Source of the DNA: Planctomycetota bacterium
GTDB taxonomy: Bacteria; Planctomycetota; UBA1135; UBA2386
Reading direction: 5' to 3'
Assembly: GCA_965228735.1 (NCBI GenBank)
Contig: OZ245838.1
Span: forward strand, 3,712,001 to 3,776,000
DNA length: 64,000 nucleotides
In this document: piece after piece, positions 29,363 to 42,831 of the stretch
How the letters are laid out: the number at the start of each line of letters is the position of its first letter
Numbering within the stretch: the stretch's first letter is position 1
Translations under genes and position numbers: made by a program
The notes under the pieces: model-generated
Told to the model about the DNA's origin: nothing
Databases searched by the model: none
What the model saw: only the letters and a program-made list of their open reading frames with translations

Positions 29363-29483
29363 AGATGGCGGTACCGAACCCGTTTCGAATCCGCCGCGGG
29401 GAACGAACGGTAATCGACTTAAAAGAAGACACTTAGAGAGCCCGGCGGATGGCGGATTCGAAACGGGTTCGGTAACGCCATCT
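29363..29483. repeat. REPIN/MITE-like inverted-repeat element, family A, copy 1
   Basis: 33-bp arms AGATGGCGGTACCGAACCCGTTTCGAATCCGCC and its reverse complement (1 mismatch) around a 55-nt spacer. Confidence 0.85.
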
Positions 29484-29520
29484 CTGGTTAACGGTGCTGG
29501 GGCGACGGCGTCCGGTAGGC

Positions 29521-30792
29521 ATGAAGCCATTCCTGACGGTCTCTCTCGCGGCCCTGCTCGGCCAGACGCTGACCGCGCAAGCTCCCACGCCGGCCGCCCC
29601 GGCAGACTACGTGGTTCACGAATGGGGCACGTTCACGAGCATGACGGACAAGGAAGGCGCCGTGCTCGAGGGGCTCCATCACGAGGAGGAGCACCTGCCG
29701 AAGTTCGTCCACGACCTGATGAAGGTCACGGAGGAGGGCATCCCCAAGAACGTCAAGCTGCCCGCGAGCTACGTCACGCAGAAGATGGAGACGCCGGTCA
29801 TCTACTTCTACAGCGACAGCGATGAGGCGATGCGCGCCAAGGTGCGCGTGTGGTTCCGCGACGGGCTGATGACGCAGTTCTACCCGCTGCCCGCGACGAT
29901 CTATCCGCGCATCACGACCGCGCAGAAGCAGCTCGTCGACATGCGCAAGGTCAAGGCCTCGGCGCTGACGTGGGACGTCGACGTGCTGCCGCGCTCGGCC
30001 AACGAGGGCACGACCGGCGTGCCCGCGGTCGCCGAGGACGACCCGTGGCACTTCGCGCGCCAGACGCGCGCCAACCTCGTGCGCACGCGGTTGCGGCCCG
30101 GCAGTAAGGCCAAGGCCGAAACCGAGCACTACCTGTTCTATCGCGGGCTCGGCCGCTGGCAGCCAGATGTCACGGGGACGGCGAGCACTGAAGGCACGCT
30201 GCACTTCCAGAACCGCATGGGCCAGACCGTGCCGTTCGCGCTCGCGCTGGAGCTCGGCCCCCGGGGCGGTCGCTTCGTCGTCGGATCAGTGATCGCGTCC
30301 GGCGCGACCCACGACTTCGACTTCGACAACGGCACCGGCTGGATCGAGGACCGCGAACACTTCGCCCGCCGCATCGGCGCGCACGTGCTGCGTGCGCTCG
30401 TCGACCAGGGGCTCTACGTCGACGAGGCGCGCGCGATGGTCGCGACGTGGTCGCGATCGTGGTTCCAGACCGACGGCACGCGCGTCATCTACCTGCTGCC
30501 GCGCCAGACGCTCGACGGCGCGCTCATCCTGTCGCTCGATCCGGCGCCCAAGGAGCTCGTCCGCGTCATGGTCGGCCGCCACGAGATGATCACGCCGGCA
30601 GCGCAGACCGAGGTCGAGAACGCGCTCGACCAGCAGGGCAGCAGCGATCCCACCATCGCGCGCCGCGGCGCCGAGAGACTCATGGCCCTCGATCGCTTCC
30701 TCGAACCGCACCTGCGCAACGTCGCGCGCAACGGTCGCTCGGCCAGGACGCGTCGCGCAGCCGAAGCGATGCTCGCGAACGTCACCCGGTGA
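29521..30792 (+). CDS. Secreted hypothetical protein (VHEWGTFTS motif)
   Basis: Signal peptide; motifs VHEWGTFTS, METPVIYFY, LFYRGLG, GLYVDEARAMV.TW and ELVRVMVGR. Confidence 0.75.
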   Translation: MKPFLTVSLAALLGQTLTAQAPTPAAPADYVVHEWGTFTSMTDKEGAVLEGLHHEEEHLPKFVHDLMKVTEEGIPKNVKLPASYVTQKMETPVIYFYSDSDEAMRAKVRVWFRDGLMTQFYPLPATIYPRITTAQKQLVDMRKVKASALTWDVDVLPRSANEGTTGVPAVAEDDPWHFARQTRANLVRTRLRPGSKAKAETEHYLFYRGLGRWQPDVTGTASTEGTLHFQNRMGQTVPFALALELGPRGGRFVVGSVIASGATHDFDFDNGTGWIEDREHFARRIGAHVLRALVDQGLYVDEARAMVATWSRSWFQTDGTRVIYLLPRQTLDGALILSLDPAPKELVRVMVGRHEMITPAAQTEVENALDQQGSSDPTIARRGAERLMALDRFLEPHLRNVARNGRSARTRRAAEAMLANVTR

Positions 30793-30811
30793 CCGGTATC
30801 GTCCCGCGCTC

Positions 30812-31384
30812 GTGCCCGAGGTCAGCGATATCGAGCCGGCGACCAGCGCGGTCGCTCGGCTCGTGCAACGCGCGCAGCGCGGCGACAGCGCCGCGTTCGA
30901 CGCGCTCTATCGCGACTTCGGCCGCGTCGTGCACGGCATCGTGCTCGCGCGCTGCGGGCCCGACGCCGCGGACGATCTGACGCAGGACCTCTTCATGCGC
31001 GCCTACCAGCAGCTCGGTGACCTCCGCGATCCGGCCGCGTTCCCCGGCTGGCTCTGCACCGCCGCACGCAACGCGAGCGTCGATCACCTGCGCGGCAGGC
31101 GGCGCCAGCCGACGACGTCCGCCGACGCCCTGCCCGAGATGGCCGACTCCGAACTCGATCCCGGCGAGAGAACCGCCCAGCGCGACGCCGCCGCGGCCGT
31201 GCTCGCGTGCATCGCCAAGCTGCCGGAGGCCTACCGCGAGACGCTCGTGCTACGCCTCGTCGAAGGTCTGCCCGGTCCGGCGATCGCCGCGCGCACCGGC
31301 ATGACGCACGGCTCGGTCCGGGTCAACCTCACGCGCGGCATGGGCATGCTGCGTCCGCTGCTCACGGAGGCCGGCCTGCCATGA
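30812..31384 (+). CDS. ECF-type RNA polymerase sigma-70 factor
   Basis: GDSAAFDALY, ADDLTQDLF, FPGWL...ARN and LPEAYRETLVLR..EG....IA..G....SVRVNL.RG. Confidence 0.88.
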   Translation: MPEVSDIEPATSAVARLVQRAQRGDSAAFDALYRDFGRVVHGIVLARCGPDAADDLTQDLFMRAYQQLGDLRDPAAFPGWLCTAARNASVDHLRGRRRQPTTSADALPEMADSELDPGERTAQRDAAAAVLACIAKLPEAYRETLVLRLVEGLPGPAIAARTGMTHGSVRVNLTRGMGMLRPLLTEAGLP

Positions 31385-32325
31385 GCAATCGGAAGGACAG
31401 CCACGGGCAGGGCGATGCGCACGCCGACGACCGCTACCTCTGGGACCGGAGCGGCGAGCCGGATCCGACCGTGCGCGAACTCGAGAACCTGCTCGGCCAG
31501 TTCGCCCACGACGGTCGGCCGCTCGCGTTGCCGCAAGAGGGTCGGCCGCGGCCGTTCGTGCTGCTGGCCGGCCTCGCATCGATCGCCGCCGCCGCAGCTG
31601 CGGTCCTCGCGTTCTTCCTCTGGCCGAACGCGCTCGCGCCGGGTGCGGAATCTCGTGAGTTCGTCGCGCAGAAGAGCGCGGTCACCGTCGAGCTCGGCGA
31701 TCTCGCGCGCATCACGCTCGCACCCGGATCGCGCATGCGCTTCGAGCACTGGCGCGAGGACGAGGCGCTGTTTCGGCTGGAACGCGGCGAACTCGAGGCC
31801 TGGGTCGCGCCCCCGCCCGCGGTCCCGCCCGACTTCTTCCGCGTCGACAGTCCGCTCGGTCGCGTCACCGACAAGGGCTGCCGCTTCGTGCTCGGGATCG
31901 ACGGCGACGGCACGCAGCGCGTGCGCGTGACCGAGGGCGACGTGACGTTCGGCTTCGGCGATCGTGAGGTCTGGGTGCCGGCCGGCGCCTCGACGACCGT
32001 GACCCCTGGTGGCCCGAGCATCCCGATGTTCGACGACGCGTCCGAAGAACTGCGGGCCGCCGTCGCGTTGTTCAGCTCGGCCAGCAAGACCGGCCGGAGT
32101 GGCATCCAGGAGAAGGGCGCGTTCGCGATCGGCCAGGCATGCACGACGCCGCGCGACTCGCTCGTGCTCTGGCATCTGCTCTACCACGACGACGAGTTCG
32201 TGCGCGACCGAGCCGAGATGGCGCTCCAGGAGCTCGTCGGCCCGCCCGAGCAGAACCCGGTGAAGGGTCAGATGCGCTGGGATCCGCAGGTCTGGCTCGC
32301 ATACCTGCGCGCGGAAGCCTGGTAG
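31381..32325 (+). CDS. FecR-domain anti-sigma factor
   Basis: ATGA overlap with the sigma gene; DRYLWDRSG N-terminus, single TM, FecR-like LERGEL...F.V.SPLG.V.D.G..F...V.VTEG.V. Confidence 0.75.
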   Translation: MSNRKDSHGQGDAHADDRYLWDRSGEPDPTVRELENLLGQFAHDGRPLALPQEGRPRPFVLLAGLASIAAAAAAVLAFFLWPNALAPGAESREFVAQKSAVTVELGDLARITLAPGSRMRFEHWREDEALFRLERGELEAWVAPPPAVPPDFFRVDSPLGRVTDKGCRFVLGIDGDGTQRVRVTEGDVTFGFGDREVWVPAGASTTVTPGGPSIPMFDDASEELRAAVALFSSASKTGRSGIQEKGAFAIGQACTTPRDSLVLWHLLYHDDEFVRDRAEMALQELVGPPEQNPVKGQMRWDPQVWLAYLRAEAW

Positions 32326-32385
32326 TTCGCAGCGGCTACCGGTCGAACGCGACGGTTCGCCGCGCGCGCCGGCTACATTCGAGGC

Positions 32386-34584
32386 ATGCTCCGCCTGCTG
32401 CCGCTGGTCCTGTTCGCGACGGGCGCCCTCGCCCAGGGCGTGTGGTTCGAGCCGAGCCATCCGATCGTGCACATCGGCGCCTTCGATCTGCCGGGCTGGA
32501 TCGCGGCCGCGAAGCAATCGCGCACCGGCGCGCTCGTCGAGAACGACGAGATGCGCGCGGCGCTCGAGCTCGCGTGGCAGCGCTACCTCGACGGTCAGAA
32601 GCGCCGGCTCGGGCTGCTCGCGGCGGTCGCCGATCACGACCGAAAGCAGCTCGCGTTCGACGAACGCACCGAACTCGCGCTCTACGACCTGCCGTGGCAC
32701 GCCGTGCACGCGTTCGACTTCGCCGTCGCGTGGCCGGCGTCGCCCGAGGGAGCGAGCCCGCAGGAGCGGATGCAGCAGCTCAGCTCACCCGCAATCACGC
32801 TGGCACTGCGATCGACGGCGGCGGGAGAAGCCGAACTCGCCGCGGCCTACGACGCGTTCTGCACCGACCTCCGCACCCACGTGCCGAACGGCTCGGAGGT
32901 CGCCGACGATCTTGGCGACGTCGGCGAGGGCGGTTTCGTCATGCGGCGCGGCGGCACCCCGATCGATCGCGAGTTCATGCCGTTCGGCGAGCCCGAGATG
33001 GCGGACGCGTGGCTCGCGCGCCGACCACGCCTGTTCTTGGGCGGCACGGGGCCGACCATCGCCGGGTCGGTGGTGCCTGCCCCCACCCTGCCGCCAACGG
33101 TCGCGTTCGGTTTCGACCTCGTCGAATACGTCAACCTGATCACCGGCATCATGGGCGGGGACGGACCGACGGAAGCGTTCCGCATCACCGGCCTCGACAA
33201 CAGCTCGATGCTCGAATGGCGTTGGCGCTTCGTCGACGGTGACCTGCAGGAAGACATGGAGTGGGCGTTCGACGGCGAGATCCGCGGCATCCTCGGCGCG
33301 CTCGTCCAGGGCATGGCGCCGTTGCCGGATCAGCCGTTGCCCGAGGGTGCGCTCGTCCAGCTCCGCTGCGGCTTCGACGTGCGCGCGCTCGTCGCGGCCG
33401 TCGACGACATCCTCGAGCTCGCCGACATCCGCACCCTGACCGAGGACGAGCTCAACGAGGACATCGAACGCGCCTGGACCGGCGGCGCCGCGATCGGCGT
33501 CACGCGCCCGCGACCAGGCGCGGTCGTGCCGCGAATCTACGGCAGCTTCGGCATCGTCGATCGCGACGCGCTCGACCGGCTGCTGGCCCGGCTCGCCGAG
33601 CAGCCGTGGATCGACAGCAAGACCCGCGAGTTCGAAGGCGTCGAGTGCACGCTTCTGACGCTCGCAGGGCTCCCCCCGGCGCTCGCGCCGGCCTACTGCG
33701 TCGTGGACGGCACGATGCACGTGGCGGAGAGCCCGACCAGTTTGCGCGACTTGCTGAAGGCCAAGGCGGGCGGCGCCCCCCGCGCGCTGGAAGTCGGCGA
33801 CGCGGCGGCGCCCGTAGGCCCCGGGACGGCGCTCCCGTTGTTCGACCTGCGCTTCGACGGCGGCGCGATCCACGCGGCGCTGCGCGAGGTGTGGCTGCCG
33901 CTGCTGTCGGCCTCGATGGCATTCGCCGCCGGCGAGCCGCTGCTGTTCGACGACGACCTGCCGGAACCCGAAGTGCTCGCCGAGCTGATCGGCAAGGGGC
34001 GCGGCGCGCTGCGCCGCACCGAGAACGGCATCACGCTGAGCTGTCGCAGCGCGCTCGGCGGCCCGCAGACGATCGCGTTCCTGTCGACGTTCTTCACCCA
34101 CATGGCCGGCGCGATGTTCGAGTCGGAGTGGACGACGGACGCGCTCGCCAATCGCGTCGGCGCCGAACGGCTGCGAACGATGCACGCGGCCGTCGAGACC
34201 TATCGGAAGCGCGAGGGCGAGTTGCCCGAGGACCTCGGCACGCTCATCGCCGCCGGTGACCTCGATGCCGCGACGCTGCTCGTGCCCGGCGACGAGCACG
34301 CCGAACCGGTCCTGCACGACGGCGCGCAGGTCGCCACGTCGTCGTTCCGCTACTACAGCAAGCCGCTGATGTTCGAGAACAACGGCGACGAGGTGCGCGC
34401 GCGCTTCGTCGCGCTGAGCTCCGGCAGCTGGGAACGACTCGTCATGGCGCCGGACGGCCAGCTCACGAAGCGTTGGGACGAGTTCGGCGACGGCAACATC
34501 GACGCTCTCGAGAAAGCCGCGAAGGAGTATGCGGCGACGAAGGCTGCCGAAGGGAAGGGCGCCGACCACGATCCCGGCAAGTAG
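32386..34584 (+). CDS. Secreted hypothetical protein with a pilin-like segment near the C-terminus
   Basis: Signal peptide (ALAQ), 732 aa; late segment LRTMHAAVETYRKREGELPEDLGTLI resembles a pseudopilin helix. Confidence 0.65.
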   Translation: MLRLLPLVLFATGALAQGVWFEPSHPIVHIGAFDLPGWIAAAKQSRTGALVENDEMRAALELAWQRYLDGQKRRLGLLAAVADHDRKQLAFDERTELALYDLPWHAVHAFDFAVAWPASPEGASPQERMQQLSSPAITLALRSTAAGEAELAAAYDAFCTDLRTHVPNGSEVADDLGDVGEGGFVMRRGGTPIDREFMPFGEPEMADAWLARRPRLFLGGTGPTIAGSVVPAPTLPPTVAFGFDLVEYVNLITGIMGGDGPTEAFRITGLDNSSMLEWRWRFVDGDLQEDMEWAFDGEIRGILGALVQGMAPLPDQPLPEGALVQLRCGFDVRALVAAVDDILELADIRTLTEDELNEDIERAWTGGAAIGVTRPRPGAVVPRIYGSFGIVDRDALDRLLARLAEQPWIDSKTREFEGVECTLLTLAGLPPALAPAYCVVDGTMHVAESPTSLRDLLKAKAGGAPRALEVGDAAAPVGPGTALPLFDLRFDGGAIHAALREVWLPLLSASMAFAAGEPLLFDDDLPEPEVLAELIGKGRGALRRTENGITLSCRSALGGPQTIAFLSTFFTHMAGAMFESEWTTDALANRVGAERLRTMHAAVETYRKREGELPEDLGTLIAAGDLDAATLLVPGDEHAEPVLHDGAQVATSSFRYYSKPLMFENNGDEVRARFVALSSGSWERLVMAPDGQLTKRWDEFGDGNIDALEKAAKEYAATKAAEGKGADHDPGK

Positions 34585-34692
34585 CTCCCGCTACGATCGC
34601 GCGTCGCGTCGATGGCATCGCGTGATGCCGTTCGCCGTCGCGCCGCGCCGAAGTCGTAGCGCAGACGTGGGGTAGGCTTCTGGCGGCGACCG

Positions 34693-36912
34693 ATGCGTCA
34701 GCCCGCCCAGGTATTCCTGCTCCTCGCGCTCGCGGTCCCCGGCACCGCAACCGCCCAGGATCCGCCCGCACCGCGCGCGACCCTCGCCCGGACCGCGGCC
34801 GTCGCGCCGGAAGTCAGCACGTTCGCCGGCGTGCGCGCGAGCGGCGGCGTGCTGCGAGGCGTCGCGCGGAGCTACCGCGTGACGTTCGCGGAACGCGGGC
34901 TCGAGTTCCGGCCCGCGCTCGGCAAGAACGCGCCGGAGTCGGCGACGTGGCACATCACCGGTCGCACGATCACGCGCGGTGACACGATCGTGCTCCCGGC
35001 GGCGACCCCGATACCAGAACGCACGCACACCAGAGACCGCGTCGACTACCACTGGCCCCGCATCACCGAGCGCTACGACGTGCGCCCGGACGGCGTCGAA
35101 CAGAGCTTCGTGTTCGCGAGCCGACCGCCCGGCCGCGGTGATCTCGCCGTCGACCTCGACATCGCGACCGCGCTGCCGCGCGCCGCGGACGCGATCGCGT
35201 GGCGCAACCCGCGCGGCGGCGGCGTCACCCTGGGCGCCGTTACCGGCATCGACGCAACCGGCCGTCGGTGCGAAGGCTCGGTGATGTTCACGGACCGCGG
35301 CGTTCGCCTCGCGCTGCCCGCGTGGTTCGTCGACGAGGCGAGCTACCCGCTCGTGCTCGATCCACTGATCGCGACCGCGGTCGAAGCGCTCGCGGGCGCC
35401 GACTACGACTTCCCCGACGTCGCGTACGACGACTACACGCAGTCGTACTGCATCGTCTGGACGCAGTTCTTCGGCGGCGGCCAGACGGGCGCGATCGCGA
35501 GCGTGTTCACGTCGCCGACGCTGACCTACGGCTACGCGTTCTCCATCAACCAGCCCGGCGATCAGGACAGCGTGCGCGTCTGCAACATCGCGGGCACGGG
35601 GCTCTACGCGCTGATCTGGGTCAACTACGACCAGCAGGGCTCGAACATCAGCGGCCTCGCGTTCGAGCCGGTCCAGACCAACGCGACGCAGGTCTTCACG
35701 GTCTGGGGCCCGGGTCAGGTCTCGCAGCCCGTCGTGAGCGGCGAGGCGACGTTGTTCGACGACGACTTCCTCGTCGCGTGGCTCGACGGCACCTACGGCC
35801 TGCTGAGCTGCTCGATCGAAATCGATCAACAGTTCCAGGTCTCGGCAACGCCGATCAACCAGGTCGCGGCCGGCCCCGTCACCGAACCCGCGTTCAGCAA
35901 GCAGGGCGGCAACACCGGCCTGCACCTGCTGACCTGGGTCGACCGCCCGCCCGGCGCGCCCGGCTGGGTGCGCGCGCAGGTGCTCGACCACGACGCCAAC
36001 CTGCTCGGTTCGCCGGCGTGGATCCAGAACGGCACGCAGAACTGCGGCTGGCCCGCAGTCGACGGCGACGGCTTCCGCTTCCTGTTCGCCTGGGAGGAGC
36101 AGGAGGTCGGCAACCCGTCCGCGACGGACATCAAGGGCCGCACCGTGACTGTCGGACCGGCCGGCATCACGTCACTCGGTGGCGTCGTCGACCTCGTGAG
36201 CTACGCCGGTGATCTCGACATCGCGCCCGATGTCGCGCAGCTCGGCGAGCAGTTCGGCCTCGTGTTCATGGCGCAGAACCCGCTGAGCCCGTTCTACGAC
36301 GACGCCTACTTCCAGGCGGTCGCGCGCGACGGCACGCTCATCGGCGGCGAACTGCGGCTCGAGCTGACGCCCGGCAACGACTACGTCTACGAGCACGCGC
36401 CGCGCCTGATCGGCCACCGCGCCGGTGACCCGAACACCAACTCCGACGAGGGCCTCGTCGTGTTCGCCGACCAGAGCATCTCGACCGCGGACAGCGACGT
36501 CGGCCTGCAGCTCGTCGAAGCGATCGGCCCCGGTGGCCCGATCGTCGACCTCGGCGGCGGCTGCGGCCCGGGCGGCCTCGCGGTCGGCACGGGCGCGTTC
36601 GCGCTCGGCAACCCCGATTTCCGCTGCGAGCTCTACGGCGCGCAACCGCTCGCGATCCCGTTCCTCCTGCTCGGACTCCCCGGAGCGCAACAGACCTGCG
36701 GCTTCTGCACCTACCTCCAGCCGCTCGGCGTGCTCTTCACGGCCAACACCGCGGGCTTCGCCACGACCCCCATCGCACTACCAGGCGACCCCGGCCTCAT
36801 CGGCGCCGTCATCGAGTTCCAGTTCGCGTCCTTCAACGTGAACTACGTCGGCTGCATCCAGGCCCCCGGCGTCGCGGCGAGCAACATCGTCGCAGCCACC
36901 CTCGACTACTGA
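34693..36912 (+). CDS. Secreted beta-repeat protein with shared C-terminal domain
   Basis: Signal peptide; ERYDV..DGVEQSF...YPLVLDP N-domain; repeated P.VA / L..W beta-propeller-like units; C-terminal Cys-containing domain resembling that of 52621-54612. Confidence 0.72.
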   Translation: MRQPAQVFLLLALAVPGTATAQDPPAPRATLARTAAVAPEVSTFAGVRASGGVLRGVARSYRVTFAERGLEFRPALGKNAPESATWHITGRTITRGDTIVLPAATPIPERTHTRDRVDYHWPRITERYDVRPDGVEQSFVFASRPPGRGDLAVDLDIATALPRAADAIAWRNPRGGGVTLGAVTGIDATGRRCEGSVMFTDRGVRLALPAWFVDEASYPLVLDPLIATAVEALAGADYDFPDVAYDDYTQSYCIVWTQFFGGGQTGAIASVFTSPTLTYGYAFSINQPGDQDSVRVCNIAGTGLYALIWVNYDQQGSNISGLAFEPVQTNATQVFTVWGPGQVSQPVVSGEATLFDDDFLVAWLDGTYGLLSCSIEIDQQFQVSATPINQVAAGPVTEPAFSKQGGNTGLHLLTWVDRPPGAPGWVRAQVLDHDANLLGSPAWIQNGTQNCGWPAVDGDGFRFLFAWEEQEVGNPSATDIKGRTVTVGPAGITSLGGVVDLVSYAGDLDIAPDVAQLGEQFGLVFMAQNPLSPFYDDAYFQAVARDGTLIGGELRLELTPGNDYVYEHAPRLIGHRAGDPNTNSDEGLVVFADQSISTADSDVGLQLVEAIGPGGPIVDLGGGCGPGGLAVGTGAFALGNPDFRCELYGAQPLAIPFLLLGLPGAQQTCGFCTYLQPLGVLFTANTAGFATTPIALPGDPGLIGAVIEFQFASFNVNYVGCIQAPGVAASNIVAATLDY

Positions 36913-36945
36913 CCGGCGTACGGAACCTGACCGGCGTACGGAACC
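36910..36945 (+). repeat. Exact 18-bp tandem duplication, variant of family B
   Basis: TGACCGGCGTACGGAACC twice, starting at the stop codon of the upstream gene. Confidence 0.8.
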
Positions 36946-36996
36946 AGGTACGCGCCGGCATCGCCCCTTGACCTTCCCCCTTCAGGCGGCGCGGAT

Positions 36997-37025
36997 GCCA
37001 GAACGAACCAGGTACCGTACGGCCG
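36997..37025 (-). repeat. Dispersed repeat family B, copy 2
   Basis: Minus strand CGGCCGTACGGTACCTGGTTCGTTCTGGC, 3 nt after the stop of the minus-strand gene ending at 37029. Confidence 0.8.
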
Positions 37026-37028
37026 CCC

Positions 37029-37847
37029 TCAGCGGCTGGCGCGGCGGATCTGACGGGCTGCGGCCGTGGCGCGGGCGCGGACGCCGCGGTCGGCGTGGGC
37101 CTGGAGTCGGTCGAGGGCCACGAGGGCCGGCTCGGCGGCGGCGCCGATGAGGCCGAGGGCCGTCGCGGCTTCGCCCGCGACGCGTGGGTTGCTGCGCAGG
37201 GTCTCGATCAGGTGCGGAACCGCGGGGGCGGCGGCCTCGCCGAGCCGACCGAGCTCGACGATGCGGCGCTGTTGCTCGCGCGCGTCCTTGGCCAGCAGCA
37301 TGCGCCAGCCCTGCAGGCGGACGCGGATCGCCGCCTCGACATCGCGGTCCGCTGCCGTTGCGAGTTCGCTGGCGAGCCGTCGGTCGCGGTTCACGATCCG
37401 CTGCAGCGCCGCGGGCACGTCGTCGGTCGCGGCCGGCTCGCGCTCGTCCTCGGACGGCTCCGCTGGCACGACGACGAGATCCCACGGCTGCAGCTGGATG
37501 TTGCGCGCGGTCTCGCCCTGGAGCAGCATCGCCCGCACATCGACCTCGTGGATCGCCGTCGCCGTCGGCTGCACGCGCAGCACGCACACGTTCTGCAAGT
37601 CCGCGCCCCCGCCACCGCCCGCGAGCAACACGACGTCGAGCAGCGTCAGGTTCTTGCGCCACCGAACGTGCGGGCGCGTCGTCTGGCCGATCACCTCGAC
37701 CCGCGGTCTGAGCTCGACCTTCTCCTGCGCCGGCGCCGCCCGATCCGTCGGCCGTTCTGCCCCCGGCTTTCCGGCCGCGCGGTTCTGGCCGCACAAACCG
37801 GCCGCAACGGCACCTGACAGCAGCAGAACGAGGCTCGCAGTCCGCAT
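37029..37847 (-). CDS. Secreted SLBB-domain plus HEAT-repeat protein
   Basis: Signal peptide; VEVIGQT..P......LTLLDVVLLAGG...NIQLQPWDLVVVP (SLBB, Wza-like); LGRLGEAAAPAVPHLIETL...AATALGLIG (HEAT/PBS repeats). Confidence 0.7.
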   Translation of the reverse strand: MRTASLVLLLSGAVAAGLCGQNRAAGKPGAERPTDRAAPAQEKVELRPRVEVIGQTTRPHVRWRKNLTLLDVVLLAGGGGGADLQNVCVLRVQPTATAIHEVDVRAMLLQGETARNIQLQPWDLVVVPAEPSEDEREPAATDDVPAALQRIVNRDRRLASELATAADRDVEAAIRVRLQGWRMLLAKDAREQQRRIVELGRLGEAAAPAVPHLIETLRSNPRVAGEAATALGLIGAAAEPALVALDRLQAHADRGVRARATAAARQIRRASR

Positions 37848-37943
37848 GGCGCACAGTGTAATCGACGCCCCCGCAGCGGCGTCGAAAAGGGCCCGCTTTC
37901 CGCTCGCACCCGCACCGCGGTTCCGTTGTAGTTGTGGCCCGAA

Positions 37944-41198
<3,255 letters not shown>

Positions 41199-41247
41199 CC
41201 TGCGCCCCAACTCACGATTTGGCCACCCCACGATTCGGGACCAGAGC

Positions 41248-42516
41248 ATGACCAAAGCCCCCCGTCACGATTCCCCGCTCGCCCGCGCCGTCGCGTCGTT
41301 CTGCCAGGACCACGACACCACCGAGCCGAAGCGACGCAGCTCGTTCTCGGGCTCCGAGACGTGGCAGGCGGTGGCCGCGACCGGGACGGGCCTGTGGCTC
41401 GACACGGGCGACATCGACGCGGCGAAGGAGCTCTGGACCAGCGACATGGTCGCGCTGACGACCAACAACACGCTGCTCAACAAGGAGGTCCAGAAGGGCA
41501 TCTACGACGAGCTCGTGCCCGGCGCGGCGAACATGCTGCGCGAGTCGGCGAGCGACATCGACGAGGACCGCCTCGTCCAGGAGGTCGCGTTCATCCTCAA
41601 CGCGGTGCACGGGCTCAAGCTCGTGCGCACGTTCGACGCCGACGTGAGCGTCGAGCTGCACACCGCGATCAGTCACGACATCGACGCGAGCTACCAGTAC
41701 GGCAAGCGCTTCCACGCGATCTGCCCCGATCGCTTCATCGTCAAGGTCCCGCTCACGCCGGGGGGTCTGCTCGCCGCGCGCCGCCTGCACGACGACGGCA
41801 TCCGCGTGAACTTCACGCTCGGCTTCTCGGCGCGGCAGAACTGGCTCATCGCGGCGGTCGCGAAGCCGACGTGGTGCAACGTGTTCATGGGCCGCATCAA
41901 CTCGTTCCTGAAGGACAGCGACCTCGGCGACGGCAACAACGCCGGCGAGAAGGCGACACTCGCGAGCCAGCGGCTGCTGCGCAAGCTGCGCGCCGAGCAG
42001 GGCCTCGACACGAAGCAGATCGGCGCGTCGATCCGCAGCGGCGAACAGATCCGCGACCTCCTCGGCCTCGACGTCTTCACGATGCCGACCGCGGCGGCCA
42101 AGGGCTTCCTCGATCTCGGCCTCGAGCCCAGCGCGATCCAGGACCAGACCGCGACCGACCCGACCGTCGACTTCGGCGGCGCCGACGTCGCGGGCGATCA
42201 TCTCGAGTGCTTCTGGAACGCGACGGACGACTTCGGCAAGGCCGTGGCCGCGACGGCCGCACTCGACGCGGCGACCGCGACCGCGGCGGACGTCACCGCG
42301 GCGCTCGCGAACGGCGCCGGCGACCTGTTCGCCGACCTCTCGCCCGCCGAGGAGGCGCGCATCAGCGACGAGGGCAAGATCCCGGTCTACGGCAGCTGGA
42401 TCGACCGCGTCCGCGCCGGCACCGCGAGCTGGGACGGCCTGCTCTCCGCCGCCGCGCTCGCGAGCTTCACGCAGGACCAGGGCAAGCTCGACGATCGCAT
42501 CCGCGGTCTGGTCTGA
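41248..42516 (+). CDS. Transaldolase family protein
   Basis: LWLDTGD, LTTNNTL, VSVELH, FIVKVP (Schiff-base Lys), VNFTLGFS..Q, NVFMGR and ASIR. Confidence 0.85.
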   Translation: MTKAPRHDSPLARAVASFCQDHDTTEPKRRSSFSGSETWQAVAATGTGLWLDTGDIDAAKELWTSDMVALTTNNTLLNKEVQKGIYDELVPGAANMLRESASDIDEDRLVQEVAFILNAVHGLKLVRTFDADVSVELHTAISHDIDASYQYGKRFHAICPDRFIVKVPLTPGGLLAARRLHDDGIRVNFTLGFSARQNWLIAAVAKPTWCNVFMGRINSFLKDSDLGDGNNAGEKATLASQRLLRKLRAEQGLDTKQIGASIRSGEQIRDLLGLDVFTMPTAAAKGFLDLGLEPSAIQDQTATDPTVDFGGADVAGDHLECFWNATDDFGKAVAATAALDAATATAADVTAALANGAGDLFADLSPAEEARISDEGKIPVYGSWIDRVRAGTASWDGLLSAAALASFTQDQGKLDDRIRGLV

Positions 42517-42534
42517 GCCCCGCGCCGCAACGCC

Positions 42535-42651
42535 GACGGCGGTACTGAACCCGTTTCGAATTCGCCACGGCTCGGGGCAGTAAGCCGCTGATTTGCAGGC
42601 CCTTGCGGAGGAGGAGGGTGGCGAATTCGAAACGGGTTCGGTATCGCCATC
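42535..42651. repeat. REPIN/MITE-like inverted-repeat element, family A, copy 2
   Basis: GACGGCGGTACTGAACCCGTTTCGAATTCGCCAC ... GTGGCGAATTCGAAACGGGTTCGGTATCGCCATC. Confidence 0.85.
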
Positions 42652-42831
42652 ATTGCCGTGCCTGGGCAAGCCGAGGCCGGAGCCGATCCGAAGGGTCGGT
42701 CGGCCCGCCATCGGGACTTTCCGGGTCCGCGGGAACCGAGCGGGCTTTTCCGCATTGCTGTTCGATCGCGACTGATCCGATTTGACTCCGGGCCGTTCGA
42801 ACCACGGTCCCGACCCGAGATCCGAGAACTC

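Noticed and set aside
29355..29825. Short ORFs sharing the peptide G[G/E]FETGSV (29355-29825, 42387-42833, 42593-42775)
   Set aside because: The shared peptide is simply the translation of repeat family A arms, not a protein family.
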